In this document: piece by piece, positions 50,542-62,582 of the stretch
How positions within the stretch are numbered: the stretch's first letter is position 1
How the letters are laid out: the number at the start of each line of letters is the position of its first letter
Assembly (NCBI GenBank): GCA_977020255.1
Contig: CDROCS010004136.1
Coordinates: 1 to 64,000 of the forward strand
Source: Obrimoposthia wandeli
Taxonomy: Eukaryota
Length of the DNA: 64,000 nucleotides
Direction: 5' to 3'
The notes under the pieces: model-generated
What the model saw: only the letters and a program-made list of their open reading frames with translations
What the model was told of the DNA's origin: nothing
Database searches by the model: none
Program-made: the position numbers and the translations under genes

Positions 50542-51768
50542 TCAAGTGAGCATAATCACAGCTTTGCGCAGGCCGGCAAATAGTTGTTCAACTTCATCGC
50601 TAGTGTTGTAAAGGGCGAATGACGCGCGTGCTGTGCCAGGTACCCCAAGTCGATTCATCAAGGGCTGAGCACAGTGGTGTCCAGTGCGTATAGCAATACC
50701 TTGACGGTCTAAAATGAAGCCGATATCAGCAGGATGACCAGAGTCCATGACAAAGCTAAGTACAGAGGCTTTATCTTGTGCGTCGCCGATAATCGTTAGT
50801 CCATCAAACTCATTAGCCATCGAGTGAGCTTGCGCTAACAAATTGTTCTCATGCTCTATGACAGCTGTTATATCTAATTGTTTAAACCAATCAATAGCGG
50901 CGGCAAAGCCAATAACGTCTGCAATGTTAGGTGTGCCTGCTTCAAGGCGATAGGGCAGTATATTCCATTGCGCTTCTTGGTAGCTCACCTCGGCAATCAT
51001 TTCGCCGCCAGTTTGCCAAACGGGCCAGTCTGCTAGTAGTGTTTGTTTCCCCCACAACACGCCGATCCCTGTTGGACCATAGAATTTGTGTCCTGAGAAC
51101 ACATAAAAATCACAGCCTAGTTGTTGCACATCAACGCCACAATGAGCAATTCCTTGAGCACCATCGATTAAGACTAAGGCGTTGTTATCACTGTTGAGTT
51201 TCGCTGTAGCGATAAGCTCTTTAATCGGATTTTTTGTTCCCAGCGCGTTCGAGACATGAGGCAGTGCAACTAATTTAGTATTACGATTAATTAAAGCTGA
51301 AAACTGCTCTTTATCTAGCTCACCCAGTGAGTTTATCGGGGCGATGACAAGCGTGGCACCACTGAGCTTGCAAGCCTGCTGCCAAGTCACTAAGTTGGCA
51401 TGGTGCTCCATCTCAGTGACTAATACTTCATCACTGCTTTTGAGTTGCAGGCGCAAACCATTGGCAACTATGTTAATTGCCTCTGTCGTCCCAGAAGTCC
51501 AGATAACTTCAGTACGATCGTTGGCATTGATGAACTTGGCGACAGTATCACGAGCACTTTCGTATTTCTTTGTCGCTTCATCGGCTAACCGGTGCGCACC
51601 TCGATGAACGTTTGAGTTGTAGTTGGAGTAGTAATCAACTATCGCATCAATAACGGCTTGTGGCTTTTGTGTCGTGGCCGCGTTATCTAAGTAGACCAAT
51701 GGCTTTCCGTGAACTTGGCGCGCCAGTATCGGAAAATCCTTGCGAATTTCTTTGACATCAAAAGCCAT
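50542..51768 (-). CDS. sufS: Cysteine desulfurase SufS
   Basis: YLDNAATTQKP, NVHRG, MEHHAN, FSGHK, EAGTP, RTGHHCAQP; likely start MAFDV at 51768. Confidence 0.96.
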   Translation of the reverse strand: MAFDVKEIRKDFPILARQVHGKPLVYLDNAATTQKPQAVIDAIVDYYSNYNSNVHRGAHRLADEATKKYESARDTVAKFINANDRTEVIWTSGTTEAINIVANGLRLQLKSSDEVLVTEMEHHANLVTWQQACKLSGATLVIAPINSLGELDKEQFSALINRNTKLVALPHVSNALGTKNPIKELIATAKLNSDNNALVLIDGAQGIAHCGVDVQQLGCDFYVFSGHKFYGPTGIGVLWGKQTLLADWPVWQTGGEMIAEVSYQEAQWNILPYRLEAGTPNIADVIGFAAAIDWFKQLDITAVIEHENNLLAQAHSMANEFDGLTIIGDAQDKASVLSFVMDSGHPADIGFILDRQGIAIRTGHHCAQPLMNRLGVPGTARASFALYNTSDEVEQLFAGLRKAVIMLT

Positions 51769-51770
51769 GT

Positions 51771-53021
51771 TTACACTAGCTCCATATTTGCAAAACGTTG
51801 ACGTAGCTGTGGGCGTAACCATTGTGCTAATGCTTGGTTACCCATTTGATCGACCAACTCATTAATAAAGCCGAAGCTCAAAAGTACTTGGGCGTCGCCG
51901 CGGCTGATACCACGAGAGCGTAGGTAAAACATCGCTTCTTCATCGATTTCAGCAATAGTGGCGCCGTGGGCGCAGCGTACATCGTCAGCGTAAATTTCTA
52001 GCTCTGGCTTGGTGTTGATCTGTGCGTTGTCAGACATCAACAAGTTACGATTATTCATCTCGGCGAGAATTTTTTGTGCATCGCGATGAATGTGAATACG
52101 ACCATTAAAGACGGCGTTGGCATGATCGGCAACAATGCACCGTACGTTTTCTTCACTGACACCGTGCGCTTTAGTGTGCTCAATACAGCTGTGTAGATCG
52201 AATAGCTCACGGTGATCTAACAAATAAATAACGTTGAGCTTAGAGTAGGCGTGCTCACCCGCGTGGATAATATCCATATCGACACGCGATAGTTGGCTGC
52301 CAAAACCGACTAAATTACTATAGAGTTTGGCATTTTCTGCCAAATCGAAATGACAGCCACCAATGCTTATCGCATCTTGCGTTTGCATCGCTAAACGGTA
52401 GTGCTCTAAAGTTGCACCTTCAGCAATAGCGTATTCAGCAAAACTAGTGTTTAAGCACAGAGTATCACCTGCAAACTGCTCGATAACACAAGCGCTGGAA
52501 TGCGGGTTTAGCTTCACTAAAACGCGGGTATGCGCTTGAGATTGGCTACTGAAATGTTGACTAATACGAATCGGTTGCTCGATCTTGGCGTTCTCAGCCA
52601 CTTCAATAGTGCAACCTTGCATTGCAAGTGCGTCGTTGATTAAACCAAAAAAATGCTTGCTCGGCTTAATCGCACAAAATTGCGCTTGGGCCCATGCACA
52701 ATCAGCGCTGTCAGCTAATGAGCGAATGGTCAAACCTGCAGGCAGAACTAATTGCGAGCAATCGGTTATAAGCTGGCCGTCGATAAAGTGTAAATCGAGG
52801 CTGTTTAGGCCTTCAATGTCACTGATTGATGGAGCATCACTATTGCTGGCTGTTTCAAACTTTGCACGTGTAATCGTGTTAACAGGCGTGTACTTCCACG
52901 CCTCAGTACGTTTGTTAGGCCAAGGCGTCTCTTTAAGTAGAGCTAGAGATGCTTGTCGCTTTGGGCTCAGCCAGTCAGAAGCTTGTTCTGCTTGAACTAA
53001 CGTCGTTTCGAGCCAGCTCAT
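51771..53021 (-). CDS. sufD: Fe-S cluster assembly protein SufD
   Basis: RTEAWKYT, VFNGRI, INTKPELEIYADDVRCAHGAT, FYLRSRGI. Confidence 0.95.
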   Translation of the reverse strand: MSWLETTLVQAEQASDWLSPKRQASLALLKETPWPNKRTEAWKYTPVNTITRAKFETASNSDAPSISDIEGLNSLDLHFIDGQLITDCSQLVLPAGLTIRSLADSADCAWAQAQFCAIKPSKHFFGLINDALAMQGCTIEVAENAKIEQPIRISQHFSSQSQAHTRVLVKLNPHSSACVIEQFAGDTLCLNTSFAEYAIAEGATLEHYRLAMQTQDAISIGGCHFDLAENAKLYSNLVGFGSQLSRVDMDIIHAGEHAYSKLNVIYLLDHRELFDLHSCIEHTKAHGVSEENVRCIVADHANAVFNGRIHIHRDAQKILAEMNNRNLLMSDNAQINTKPELEIYADDVRCAHGATIAEIDEEAMFYLRSRGISRGDAQVLLSFGFINELVDQMGNQALAQWLRPQLRQRFANMELV

Positions 53022-53791
53022 AGCTCCTCGGCCTCATCAGCATTACGATCGTAGGTTTCAAGCCAAGTGTAACCTTGATCCTCTAGCTCAAGTGCTAATT
53101 CAGGACCGCCACTTTTAACGATTTTACCATCGGCTAGTACGTGTACAAAGTCGGGTTTGATATAATCAAGTAGACGCTGGTAGTGAGTAATGACAATAAA
53201 CGAGCGCTGATCATTACGCTGGCTGTTAATACCGTCGGCAACCACGCGTAGCGCATCGATATCTAAACCAGAGTCCGATTCATCAAGAATACATAGTTTA
53301 GGTTCAAGCATAATCATCTGCATGATTTCGTTACGCTTTTTCTCGCCACCGGAGAAACCTTCGTTAACTCCGCGTTTGAGGAATGCCAGCGGTAAATTTA
53401 CTTGCTTACAGGCAGCTTTAGCGCGCTTTAAAAAATCCGATGAACTCAATGTTTCTAAATCACGCGCTTTACGTTGTGCGTCCACAGATACTTTTAGGAA
53501 TTCCATGTTGCTGACGCCAGGAATTTCAACGGGGTATTGGAATGCTAGAAAAAGACCCGCACCAGCGCGATCTTCAATGTCCATATCCAGTAAATCTTGG
53601 TCATTTAAAGTAGCTGAACCTTGAGTTACTTCATAGCCATCACGACCAGAGAGCACGTAGCTTAAAGTACTCTTGCCAGCGCCGTTAGGCCCCATAATAG
53701 CGTGAACTTCACCGGGCTTAATATCCAGTGTTAGACCTTTGATGATAGCGTTATCGGCTACGGTTGCATGTAAATCTTTAATCTGTAACAT
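53018..53791 (-). CDS. sufC: Fe-S cluster assembly ATPase SufC
   Basis: GPNGAGKST, FLAFQYPVEIPGV, VNEGFSGGEKKRNEI, ITHYQRLL. Confidence 0.97.
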   Translation of the reverse strand: MLQIKDLHATVADNAIIKGLTLDIKPGEVHAIMGPNGAGKSTLSYVLSGRDGYEVTQGSATLNDQDLLDMDIEDRAGAGLFLAFQYPVEIPGVSNMEFLKVSVDAQRKARDLETLSSSDFLKRAKAACKQVNLPLAFLKRGVNEGFSGGEKKRNEIMQMIMLEPKLCILDESDSGLDIDALRVVADGINSQRNDQRSFIVITHYQRLLDYIKPDFVHVLADGKIVKSGGPELALELEDQGYTWLETYDRNADEAEEL

Positions 53792-53803
53792 CTTTGCTAT
53801 TCC

Positions 53804-55240
53804 TTAACCAACGGAGCCTTCGAGGCTTATTTCGAGCAGTTTGCCGGCTTCTACAGCAAACTCCATAGGTAGTTCTTTAAATACTTCTTTGCAAAAACCG
53901 TTAACGATCATAGAGACCGCTTTTTCTGCATCTAGACCACGTTGTTGACAGAGAAACATTTGGTCGTCACTGACTTTACTAGTGGTTGCTTCATGCTCAA
54001 CAATCGCTGTTGGATTACGGCTTTCTACGTAAGGGAATGTGTGTGCACCACATTTGTCACCAATGAGTAGCGAATCGCACTGGGTAAAGTTACGCGCATT
54101 TTTAGCACCCTTATTCATCCGTACTAAACCACGATAGCTATTGTTACTTTTACCGGCTGAAATACCTTTTGAGATAATCGTTGAGCGAGTGTTCTTGCCC
54201 AAATGAATCATTTTAGTTCCCGTATCCGCTTGCTGTGCACCGCGCGTTAGGGCAACCGAGTAAAACTCGCCAATACTGTTGTCACCTTTGAGTATGCAGC
54301 TAGGGTATTTCCAAGTAACAGCTGACCCTGTTTCAACTTGTGTCCAAGAAATTTTGGCGCTTTCATGACAAATACCACGCTTAGTCACGAAGTTGTAAAT
54401 ACCGCCTTTGCCGTTCTCATCACCTGGATACCAGTTTTGTACCGTAGAGTATTTGATTTCGGCATGATCGAGTGCGACTAATTCAACTACCGCCGCATGA
54501 AGCTGATTCTCATCACGTTGTGGTGCAGTACAACCTTCGAGGTAACTGACATGACTGCCTTCGTCGGCGATGATTAGGGTGCGTTCAAATTGCCCAGTAT
54601 TCTGCTCGTTGATTCTGAAATAAGTCGATAATTCCATAGGGCAGCGTGTGCCTTTTGGGATGTAAACAAATGAGCCGTCGGTGAACACTGCACAGTTAAG
54701 TGTGGCAAAGAAGTTATCTTTCTGACTAACGACTGTTCCCAAGTATTTTTTAACTAAGTCGGGGTGGTGTTTAATCGCCTCAGAAATGGGGCAAAAAATA
54801 ACGCCACTCTCAGCAAGTTTTTCTCTAAAGGTAGTCACGACTGAGACAGAGTCAAAAACTGCATCTACCGCAACGCCTGCAAGCATTTGCTGCTCTAACA
54901 GAGGAATACCTAGCTTCTCGTAAGTACGCAGAAGTTCTGGGTCTACTTCATCGAGTGATTGTGGTCTCTCGTCCATGCTTTTAGGCGCAGAATAGTAGGA
55001 AATAGAATTGTAGATTATTTTTTGATAATCGACGTGGGCCCACTCAGGCTCTTCCATCGCTTGCCATAAAGCGAAGGCTTGCAGACGCCAGTCAAGCATC
55101 CACTGTGGTTCTTCTTTCATGGCAGAGATACGGCGGATAACATCTTCGTCTAAACCAGGTTCGAAGGTTTTAGATTCGATATTGGAGACAAAACCGGCTT
55201 CGTATTCTCTTGCGAGAGCCTTGTCTATTTGATCAGTCAT
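53804..55240 (-). CDS. sufB: Fe-S cluster assembly protein SufB
   Basis: [62 protein letters not shown]. Confidence 0.97.
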   Translation of the reverse strand: MTDQIDKALAREYEAGFVSNIESKTFEPGLDEDVIRRISAMKEEPQWMLDWRLQAFALWQAMEEPEWAHVDYQKIIYNSISYYSAPKSMDERPQSLDEVDPELLRTYEKLGIPLLEQQMLAGVAVDAVFDSVSVVTTFREKLAESGVIFCPISEAIKHHPDLVKKYLGTVVSQKDNFFATLNCAVFTDGSFVYIPKGTRCPMELSTYFRINEQNTGQFERTLIIADEGSHVSYLEGCTAPQRDENQLHAAVVELVALDHAEIKYSTVQNWYPGDENGKGGIYNFVTKRGICHESAKISWTQVETGSAVTWKYPSCILKGDNSIGEFYSVALTRGAQQADTGTKMIHLGKNTRSTIISKGISAGKSNNSYRGLVRMNKGAKNARNFTQCDSLLIGDKCGAHTFPYVESRNPTAIVEHEATTSKVSDDQMFLCQQRGLDAEKAVSMIVNGFCKEVFKELPMEFAVEAGKLLEISLEGSVG

Positions 55241-55328
55241 TACAGTCGCTCGTTAATATTTAATACGGGTTCTTAGTTAGCTTTGACTCTGTCGGTCATT
55301 GGCTACCTAGCTAATATGCAGTTCAATT

Positions 55329-55799
55329 TCAGGCAGAACTTGAAGGGCTGATATTCAAATCTTGAGTATCATTTTGACGCATTGCAATCATTGCAATATC
55401 TTTTCGTTCGACCAATTGCGCCAGGCTAATGCTGCTGAGGAATTGGTGTATTTGCTCGCTCAAGTCACTCCATAAGTGATGAGTCAGGCAAAACTCCCCT
55501 TGATGACAATCGCCCTTGCCCTGACAGTTAGTGGCATCGACAGATTCATTCACGGCATCAATTATTTGCGCAACATTAATTTCCTGCGCTTGTCTATTTA
55601 ATTGGTATCCACCACCAGGGCCTCGAACGCTCAAGACCAGTTGGTTTTTCCTTAATTTGGAGAACAGCTGCTCTAAATAAGAAAGAGAGATGCCTTGTCT
55701 TTCAGAAATACAGGCCAGACTAGTTGGGCCGTTATTTTGATGAAGAGCTAAATCGAGCATCGCTGTGACAGCGTAGCGACCTTTAGTCGTTAAGCGCAT
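55329..55799 (-). CDS. iscR: Fe-S cluster transcriptional regulator IscR (Rrf2 family)
   Basis: [36 protein letters not shown], three Cys ([19 protein letters not shown]). Confidence 0.96.
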   Translation of the reverse strand: MRLTTKGRYAVTAMLDLALHQNNGPTSLACISERQGISLSYLEQLFSKLRKNQLVLSVRGPGGGYQLNRQAQEINVAQIIDAVNESVDATNCQGKGDCHQGEFCLTHHLWSDLSEQIHQFLSSISLAQLVERKDIAMIAMRQNDTQDLNISPSSSA

Positions 55800-55831
55800 A
55801 GGTGTTTTCCAAGACGGCAGCAAAAGAGGTG

Positions 55832-55865
55832 ATTATGGAGAAACCAAGTATTTTAGTCAAGTATT
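55832..55865 (-). promoter_or_regulatory. Sigma-70 promoter of iscR-suf overlapped by an IscR type-1 site
   Basis: Minus strand TTGACT-N17-CATAAT; AATACTTGACTAAAATACTTGG resembles the IscR type-1 consensus ATASYYGACTRWWWYAGTCRRSTAT. Confidence 0.65.
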
Positions 55866-56024
55866 ACTTAGGGATTTGAATGTAAGTGGAATAGCGTGCA
55901 AGAGAACTGGGGAACAGCGATATTGAGGGCGTAAATTTAAGCGTTTTATCGACTGCAGAAATAGTGAACGAGATTGTCGAGTAAAGCGTGTGCTTAATCA
56001 ACAGCTATTGCTCATAATTGTACT

Positions 56025-56585
56025 TTATTTATACTTTTGACTATTTCTAAACACTTTGTTGGGGTATTTGGTTTGTCCGTATGACCCGTTGTAGCGGGAG
56101 AGCGCTTTTTCCATGTGGCCTTTTTCACGTAGTAAGTAGTGCTTTAAAATAGCGGTGCCGTAACGAATATTGGTTTCTATATTCATTAGGTTGTCATCGG
56201 GTAGGCCTATTTCCGTTTTCCAAAAGGGCATGATTTGCATGATGCCTTGGGCGCCTGCAGAAGAGAGAGCGAAGTTGTTAAAGTGACTTTCAGTTTCGAT
56301 AAGACCCAGTACAACGTCTAAAGGAAGCTGATTAATGGATGCCTGAGCATGCACTGCTTTGAGAACGTTAAGGCGCTCAAACTTGTCTTTAATGAAAGGC
56401 TCTAAGCGTGCGGACATGTCAACGAGCCAAACCTCAGCGTCAAACCTGTCCTTGAAACTGGATGCCTGCGCGATAGATTGCTTTAGCTGGACCAGCTGCG
56501 CTGGTGTTATATCGGTTAATAACTGAGCGTGGGCGTTTGCACAAAGTAAAAAAACGAGGCCAAGGCCTCGTAGCTTGATCGACAT
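56025..56585 (-). CDS. Lytic transglycosylase (SLT domain)
   Basis: IETESHF, SSAGAQGIMQIMPFW, NIRYGTAIL, ALSRYNG. Confidence 0.9.
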   Translation of the reverse strand: MSIKLRGLGLVFLLCANAHAQLLTDITPAQLVQLKQSIAQASSFKDRFDAEVWLVDMSARLEPFIKDKFERLNVLKAVHAQASINQLPLDVVLGLIETESHFNNFALSSAGAQGIMQIMPFWKTEIGLPDDNLMNIETNIRYGTAILKHYLLREKGHMEKALSRYNGSYGQTKYPNKVFRNSQKYK

Positions 56586-56588
56586 TAA

Positions 56589-58307
56589 CTAGCTTTTGAT
56601 TTTATCAATAAGTAGTGCAAGGCAGTCTTGTGATGCGATATCTTGTTTTTCAGCATCAGTTCTTCCTTTGTATTCAAAGGTTCCAGCCTTAATGCCGCGA
56701 TCTGAAATTACAACTCTATGTGGCATGCCCATCAATTCCATATCGGCAAATTTGACACCGGGGCGCTCTTTTCTATCATCTAAGAAAACATCAATGCCCG
56801 CATCCTTTAATGACTGATAAAGGGCGTCAGTAACCTGTCTTACTTCTTCCGATTTTTCATAGTTTAGCGGTACTAATGCCGCTTCAAATGGGGCGATGTT
56901 CTTTGGCCAGATAATGCCGTTTTCATCGTAGTTTTGCTCAATAGCAGAGGCGACAACGCGTGAGACTCCGATACCGTAGCAACCCATGTGCATGTGAATG
57001 GCTTTACCATTCACATCGAGCACGGTGGCATTCATGGCTTGAGAATATTTTTGTCCAAGTTGAAACACATGGCCTACTTCAATACCGCGTTTGATCGACA
57101 GTGTTCCCTTGCCGCAAGGGCTTTGATCACCTTGTTTCACGTTGCGCAAATCAGCGACTTCAGGCATAGGAAGATCACGCTCCCAGTTGACGCCAAAGTA
57201 GTGTTTGTCATCAACATTTGCACCGGCGCTGAAATCTGACATTGTCGCTACGCTGCGATCGATAATGATCGGCATCTCAAGATTGATAGGACCAAGTGAG
57301 CCAGCGCCTGCGCCGGTAGCCTCACGCAACTGATCTTCAGTAGCGAAGGTAAGAGGGGCCTTAACTTGCGCAAGCTTTTCCGCTTTGATTTCATTGAGGT
57401 CATGATCACCGCGTACTAATAATGCAACAAGTGTGGCATCGGAATCTTCACTGGCCTCAACGATTAGTGTCTTGATGGTTTTCTCAATCGCAATGCTATG
57501 CTTTTCTACCAGTGCCGCGATGGTTTTCGTTTCAGGTGTATCTTTTATCACTAATTCCATTGTTGCCGCTGCACGTTGTTCGCTAGGTGCAACAGCTTCA
57601 GCAGATTCGACATTGGCAGCGTAGTCACTCTGATCGGAAAAGGCGATGTCATCTTCACCAGAAGAGGCGAGTACGTGGAATTCGTGCGACCCTGTGCCTC
57701 CAATTGAGCCGTTGTCGGCGATAACTGGACGGTAATCAACGCCAATACGGTCAAAGATTTTGACGTAAGCGTCAAACATTTCCTGATAGGTTTCTTTCAG
57801 GCTCTCTTCCCCAGCGTGGAAAGAGTAAGCATCTTTCATAATGAATTCGCGCGAGCGCATAACGCCGAATCTAGGGCGGGTTTCATCGCGAAACTTTGTT
57901 TGGATCTGATAAAAATTCATCGGTAGTTGCTTGTAGCTACGCACTTCTTTTTTGACAATATCAGTGATCACTTCTTCGTGTGTTGGGCCTACGCAAAATT
58001 CACGTCCATGTCGGTCGTGTAAACGTAAAAGTTCAGGACCGTATTCTTCCCAGCGGCCTGATTCTTGCCATAATTCAGCTGGCTGAATAGCTGGCATTAA
58101 CACTTCTTGTGCGCCAGCGGCATCCATTTCTTGGCGTACAATAGCTTCAACTTTGCGGAGGGTGCGCAGGCCAAGTGGTAACCATGAATACAATCCAGAA
58201 GCTTCTCTGCGAATCATGCCCGCTCTAAGCATAAGCTGGTGACTGATGACTTCTGCATCAGAGGGAGTTTCTTTAAGTGTAGCGATCAGAAATTTACTGG
58301 CGCGCAT
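56589..58307 (-). CDS. proS: Prolyl-tRNA synthetase
   Basis: [45 protein letters not shown], editing domain, [21 protein letters not shown]. Confidence 0.97.
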   Translation of the reverse strand: MRASKFLIATLKETPSDAEVISHQLMLRAGMIRREASGLYSWLPLGLRTLRKVEAIVRQEMDAAGAQEVLMPAIQPAELWQESGRWEEYGPELLRLHDRHGREFCVGPTHEEVITDIVKKEVRSYKQLPMNFYQIQTKFRDETRPRFGVMRSREFIMKDAYSFHAGEESLKETYQEMFDAYVKIFDRIGVDYRPVIADNGSIGGTGSHEFHVLASSGEDDIAFSDQSDYAANVESAEAVAPSEQRAAATMELVIKDTPETKTIAALVEKHSIAIEKTIKTLIVEASEDSDATLVALLVRGDHDLNEIKAEKLAQVKAPLTFATEDQLREATGAGAGSLGPINLEMPIIIDRSVATMSDFSAGANVDDKHYFGVNWERDLPMPEVADLRNVKQGDQSPCGKGTLSIKRGIEVGHVFQLGQKYSQAMNATVLDVNGKAIHMHMGCYGIGVSRVVASAIEQNYDENGIIWPKNIAPFEAALVPLNYEKSEEVRQVTDALYQSLKDAGIDVFLDDRKERPGVKFADMELMGMPHRVVISDRGIKAGTFEYKGRTDAEKQDIASQDCLALLIDKIKS

Positions 58308-58612
58308 ATATGGCAAGACCTTTGATAGTGTAATGCTCCAGATACACCACTGCATTGTTTGCAAGGTGAATGTAGAGTGCATTTTTTATGTTGTATAGAA
58401 TTAGAGGATATTTTATGGATGTCCGCTTAATTGAACAAGGCTTTGACTCAAATAAGCGAGCGATAATGTGAACTTAACAGTGAAATTGTTGAATTGCGGG
58501 CTTTGTAGCGAAGATTTGGGATTCACACTTTGCTATACTTTATACCTTGCTTAGATATCGACAGTGTTGGTAGCGATAGCCTAGTAAGTTTTGTTAGAGA
58601 GGAGTATCTATT

Positions 58613-58795
58613 ATGAGTACCGAAAATTTCCATCCCAAGTTTGTATCAGCCATGAAAATATTAACGAAGTTGTCTGAGGAAGAGCGATTATCTGAAGAGA
58701 ATAAAGTGATGTTTGAGCAGGCAATGAATTATGCGCCGCTAGATATTCAGCCGCAACTGATTGCTATTCGCAAGAAGTATGACAGTTTACACTAG
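58613..58795 (+). CDS. Small hypothetical protein (60 aa)
   Basis: RBS AGGAG before the ATG, amphipathic helical composition, followed by a terminator. Confidence 0.7.
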   Translation: MSTENFHPKFVSAMKILTKLSEEERLSEENKVMFEQAMNYAPLDIQPQLIAIRKKYDSLH

Positions 58796-58812
58796 TTTTT
58801 AACGATAGAATT

Positions 58813-58842
58813 AAAAAAAGGCAGTAAAAACTGCCTTTTTTT
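58813..58842. terminator. Bidirectional intrinsic terminator
   Basis: AAAAAAAGGCAGT-aaaa-ACTGCCTTTTTTT between convergent genes. Confidence 0.85.
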
Positions 58843-58875
58843 ATGAGAGTAGATAACTACTCTTAAAACGATAAC

Positions 58876-59094
58876 TTAGCGAGCGCGGTATACAATGCGA
58901 GCTTTGTTTAAATCGTAAGGCGTTAATTCAACCTTAACTTTATCTCCTGTCAAAATACGAATGTAGTTTTTACGCATTTTTCCTGAGATGTGAGCTGTTA
59001 CGACGTGACTGTTTTCCAGTTCAACGCGGAACATAGTATTAGGCAGCGTATCAATTACAGTGCCTTCCATTTCAATACATTCTTCTTTAGCCAT
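58876..59094 (-). CDS. infA: Translation initiation factor IF-1
   Basis: [28 protein letters not shown]...[27 protein letters not shown]. Confidence 0.98.
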   Translation of the reverse strand: MAKEECIEMEGTVIDTLPNTMFRVELENSHVVTAHISGKMRKNYIRILTGDKVKVELTPYDLNKARIVYRAR

Positions 59095-59257
59095 TAATTA
59101 CCTACCTGTGGGAAAGTGCTGAATGGGTCTAGTGCCCACAGCAGAGCGGCCCGTATTCTGCCAAAAAAAGTGCAATAGCGCAAAGGAATTTAGCCAAGAT
59201 CGACCAAATTGGCTAAATAAAGTTCATTATTGGGGGATGTGAGGATAAAAACGCTGA

Positions 59258-59956
59258 TTATTTTGCTTTAATCCAGCGGCCATTAATCAATAACTCCATC
59301 GGGCGGTAGTTAGTTTTGTAGCTCATTTTATTACATTCTTGCACCCAATAGCCTAGGTAAAGGTGCTTGACCTGTTGTTTATGTGTGTCCAAGACTGCTG
59401 CGCAAGAAGCAGCTACCAAGGTGCTAGGATAAATCAGGTCGCATCGCACAGCTGATAATCCATCATCTAGCTCGTCCATTAGTGCAATGGCAACTAGTTG
59501 GCCATTAGCTAAGCGGAATTCGTAAAAGTTACTGTATTGCTTAGATTCAACCAAAAAACTGGTGAACTGTTCGGGGCTGGGCGGGTACATATCACCATCA
59601 CTGTGACGAGCAATAATATAGCGACTGTAAAGCGCGTAATATTCACTGCTGTAAACTGTGTCAGCCTTTGTCACAGTGATATCTTTATTCTTATTTAGAA
59701 TGCGTTTTTGTGAGCGTGTAATGCAGAACTCTGTAACTGGGAGCCTTATTGAGATACAAGATTGACACCCTTCACAATGTGGGCGATAAATATGATCGCC
59801 ACTGCGTCGAAAGCCAATAACCGAAAGCTCTGAATACAATGCTTGGTCGATTTCAGCTTTAGGGTCAACAAAAACGGTTTTTGCCTGTTTACCTTCTAAA
59901 TAGCTGCAATCGTGTTCAGGTGTGGCGTAAAAATCTAGTGAGTTTATTTGCGTCAT
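59258..59956 (-). CDS. ate: Bacterial arginyltransferase-like protein (Ate/Bpt); garbled in-frame patch at about 59370-59445
   Basis: HDCSYL, GFRRSG..IYRPHC..C, LYSRYIIARH.DGDMYPP, LYLGYW, KMSYK. The usual SAVYTFFDP...SLG segment is corrupted. Confidence 0.88.
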   Translation of the reverse strand: MTQINSLDFYATPEHDCSYLEGKQAKTVFVDPKAEIDQALYSELSVIGFRRSGDHIYRPHCEGCQSCISIRLPVTEFCITRSQKRILNKNKDITVTKADTVYSSEYYALYSRYIIARHSDGDMYPPSPEQFTSFLVESKQYSNFYEFRLANGQLVAIALMDELDDGLSAVRCDLIYPSTLVAASCAAVLDTHKQQVKHLYLGYWVQECNKMSYKTNYRPMELLINGRWIKAK

Positions 59957-60025
59957 AATTGAGAAGGTACCTAGAGATATCCAGTGCTATTAACATAGCA
60001 AAAAGACAATGAATTTGCAGTATCG

Positions 60026-60769
60026 CTAAAACCCTTTGTCGTCACAGGCTTTGAGGTACGCAAGTACATCTGGGTGCGTGTGTTGCATTGTCCATTTGGA
60101 ATTATGCGCAATGGGGTATGTAGCGTTATTGGATAGGTATTTTTGGAAGGTCGGGCGATCAATTTCAACTGCACCTAAACTAGCCAAGTGGGGGTTGTAT
60201 ACTTGACAATCTATAAGTGTGAAGTTCCAAGCGTGAAGTTGAGACGCTAAGTAGCACAGTGCTATCTTTGATGCATTACTTTGACGACTAAACATTGATT
60301 CACCAAAAAACACATCGTTTATCGCGATACCGTATAAACCACCAACAAGCTGTTCTCCCTGCCAAACCTCGACACTGTGAGCATGTCCTAAGGTATGTAA
60401 CTGCTGGTAAGCGAGTTGCATGTCATTTGAAATCCAAGTGCCTTGACCGTCGTCCCGAGCGGCGGCACATTGTTCGATAACGCTGCTGAATGCACGATCA
60501 AAAGTCACATCATAAAGTTGCTTTTTGAGAGCTTTACGTAAACTTTTACTGACGTGTACTGCGTTGGGATAAAGAACACATCGTGGAGCAGGGCTCCACC
60601 AAAGTATTGGATCATCTTCATTGAACCAGGGGAATATCCCTCTGCGGTAGGCGTTGATAAGCCTAGCGGGAGATAAATCACCACCGGCGGCGAGTAACCC
60701 GTTTGGTTCATCCAGAGCGTTATTTATATCTGGAAATACAGTTGGGTTATCAGCAAGCCAAGGGATCAT
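60026..60769 (-). CDS. aat: Leucyl/phenylalanyl-tRNA--protein transferase
   Basis: GLLAAGGDLS, AYRRGIFPWF, ILWWSP, AHSVEVW, GGLYG, FFGESMFS, NASKIA, IDCQ. Confidence 0.96.
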   Translation of the reverse strand: MIPWLADNPTVFPDINNALDEPNGLLAAGGDLSPARLINAYRRGIFPWFNEDDPILWWSPAPRCVLYPNAVHVSKSLRKALKKQLYDVTFDRAFSSVIEQCAAARDDGQGTWISNDMQLAYQQLHTLGHAHSVEVWQGEQLVGGLYGIAINDVFFGESMFSRQSNASKIALCYLASQLHAWNFTLIDCQVYNPHLASLGAVEIDRPTFQKYLSNNATYPIAHNSKWTMQHTHPDVLAYLKACDDKGF

Positions 60770-60803
60770 TATCTATTCATTCACTTATAAAATATGAAGT
60801 GGT

Positions 60804-61277
60804 TTATAGTGCTGCCAAAATAGCGTCGGCACTGGTGTCTTTTAATCCGGCATCATCTATCGCTATGTGACTGACTTTACCGTGATCAATAATAAGCGCG
60901 AAGCGCTTGCAGCGAACGCCCATTTGATGAGCGCTAGCATCTTTTTCTAAGCCGAGAGCGCTACTGAATTCGCCATTTCCATCAGCCAGCATTGTGAGCT
61001 GTTCAGCGTTGGCAGAAAGCCCCCAAGCGTGCATGACAAAAACATCATTAACGGATAGACAAATTATTTCATCCACCCCCTTTGCTTTGATGTCATCGCT
61101 ATTGACGACAAAACCCGGCAGGTGTGCAGCGCTACAAGTGGGAGTAAAGGCACCCGGTACGGCAAATAGCACAACTTTTTTATCACTAAAGTCAGTGCTG
61201 TAACTCTTAGGACCGTCAGGCCCCATTACTTTTAATTCACAAACAGGAATAGTATCGCCAAGGTTAATCATCGTCAT
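60804..61277 (-). CDS. Peroxiredoxin (Prx5 / type II)
   Basis: VLFAVPGAFTPTCSAAHLPGF, SVNDVFVMHAW, LADGNG, RCKRFA. Confidence 0.93.
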   Translation of the reverse strand: MTMINLGDTIPVCELKVMGPDGPKSYSTDFSDKKVVLFAVPGAFTPTCSAAHLPGFVVNSDDIKAKGVDEIICLSVNDVFVMHAWGLSANAEQLTMLADGNGEFSSALGLEKDASAHQMGVRCKRFALIIDHGKVSHIAIDDAGLKDTSADAILAAL

Positions 61278-61289
61278 CTCCAGTTATTT

Positions 61290-62267
<978 letters not shown>

Positions 62268-62270
62268 TTA

Positions 62271-62296
62271 ATGTGGCTCTGAGAAGAAATTTCAAG
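62271..62296 (-). promoter_or_regulatory. Putative sigma-32 promoter of trxB-prx(-aat-ate)
   Basis: Minus strand CTTGAA-N14-CCACAT, ending 34 bp upstream of the trxB start. Confidence 0.6.
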
Positions 62297-62436
62297 CTTA
62301 AGCGTTAGAGTTTAATCAAACAAAGTAAAAATTAGCAGTGTTAACAACAAAATATATTCCTTTTCTTATAAATACTTAATCGGTAATCATAAATTTAGCT
62401 GAATTAAAAATGAACAAAAGCTGAATATTAACCAAA

Positions 62437-62452
62437 CTGTACTACAGTACAG
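62437..62452. promoter_or_regulatory. LexA-type box (CTGT-N8-ACAG) upstream of the adhesin gene
   Basis: CTGTACTACAGTACAG, a palindrome except for its two central bases. Confidence 0.4.
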
Positions 62453-62582
62453 TGTATATATTGTACTGGGCAGACTATATTAAACGCTAAAATTAACGTG
62501 CGATGAACGAGTTTTATATTGTTTGTGTAAGTTCGAGCGCAGAATCGATCAAGATCTCGACAGAGATACAAAGGAGCGACGT

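Noticed and set aside
59370-59445. Apparently novel segment in Ate (RCDLIYPSTLVAASCAAVLDTH)
   Set aside because: The DNA still shows remnants of the canonical DPD...SLG codons with small deletions; most likely a sequencing error, not a new motif.
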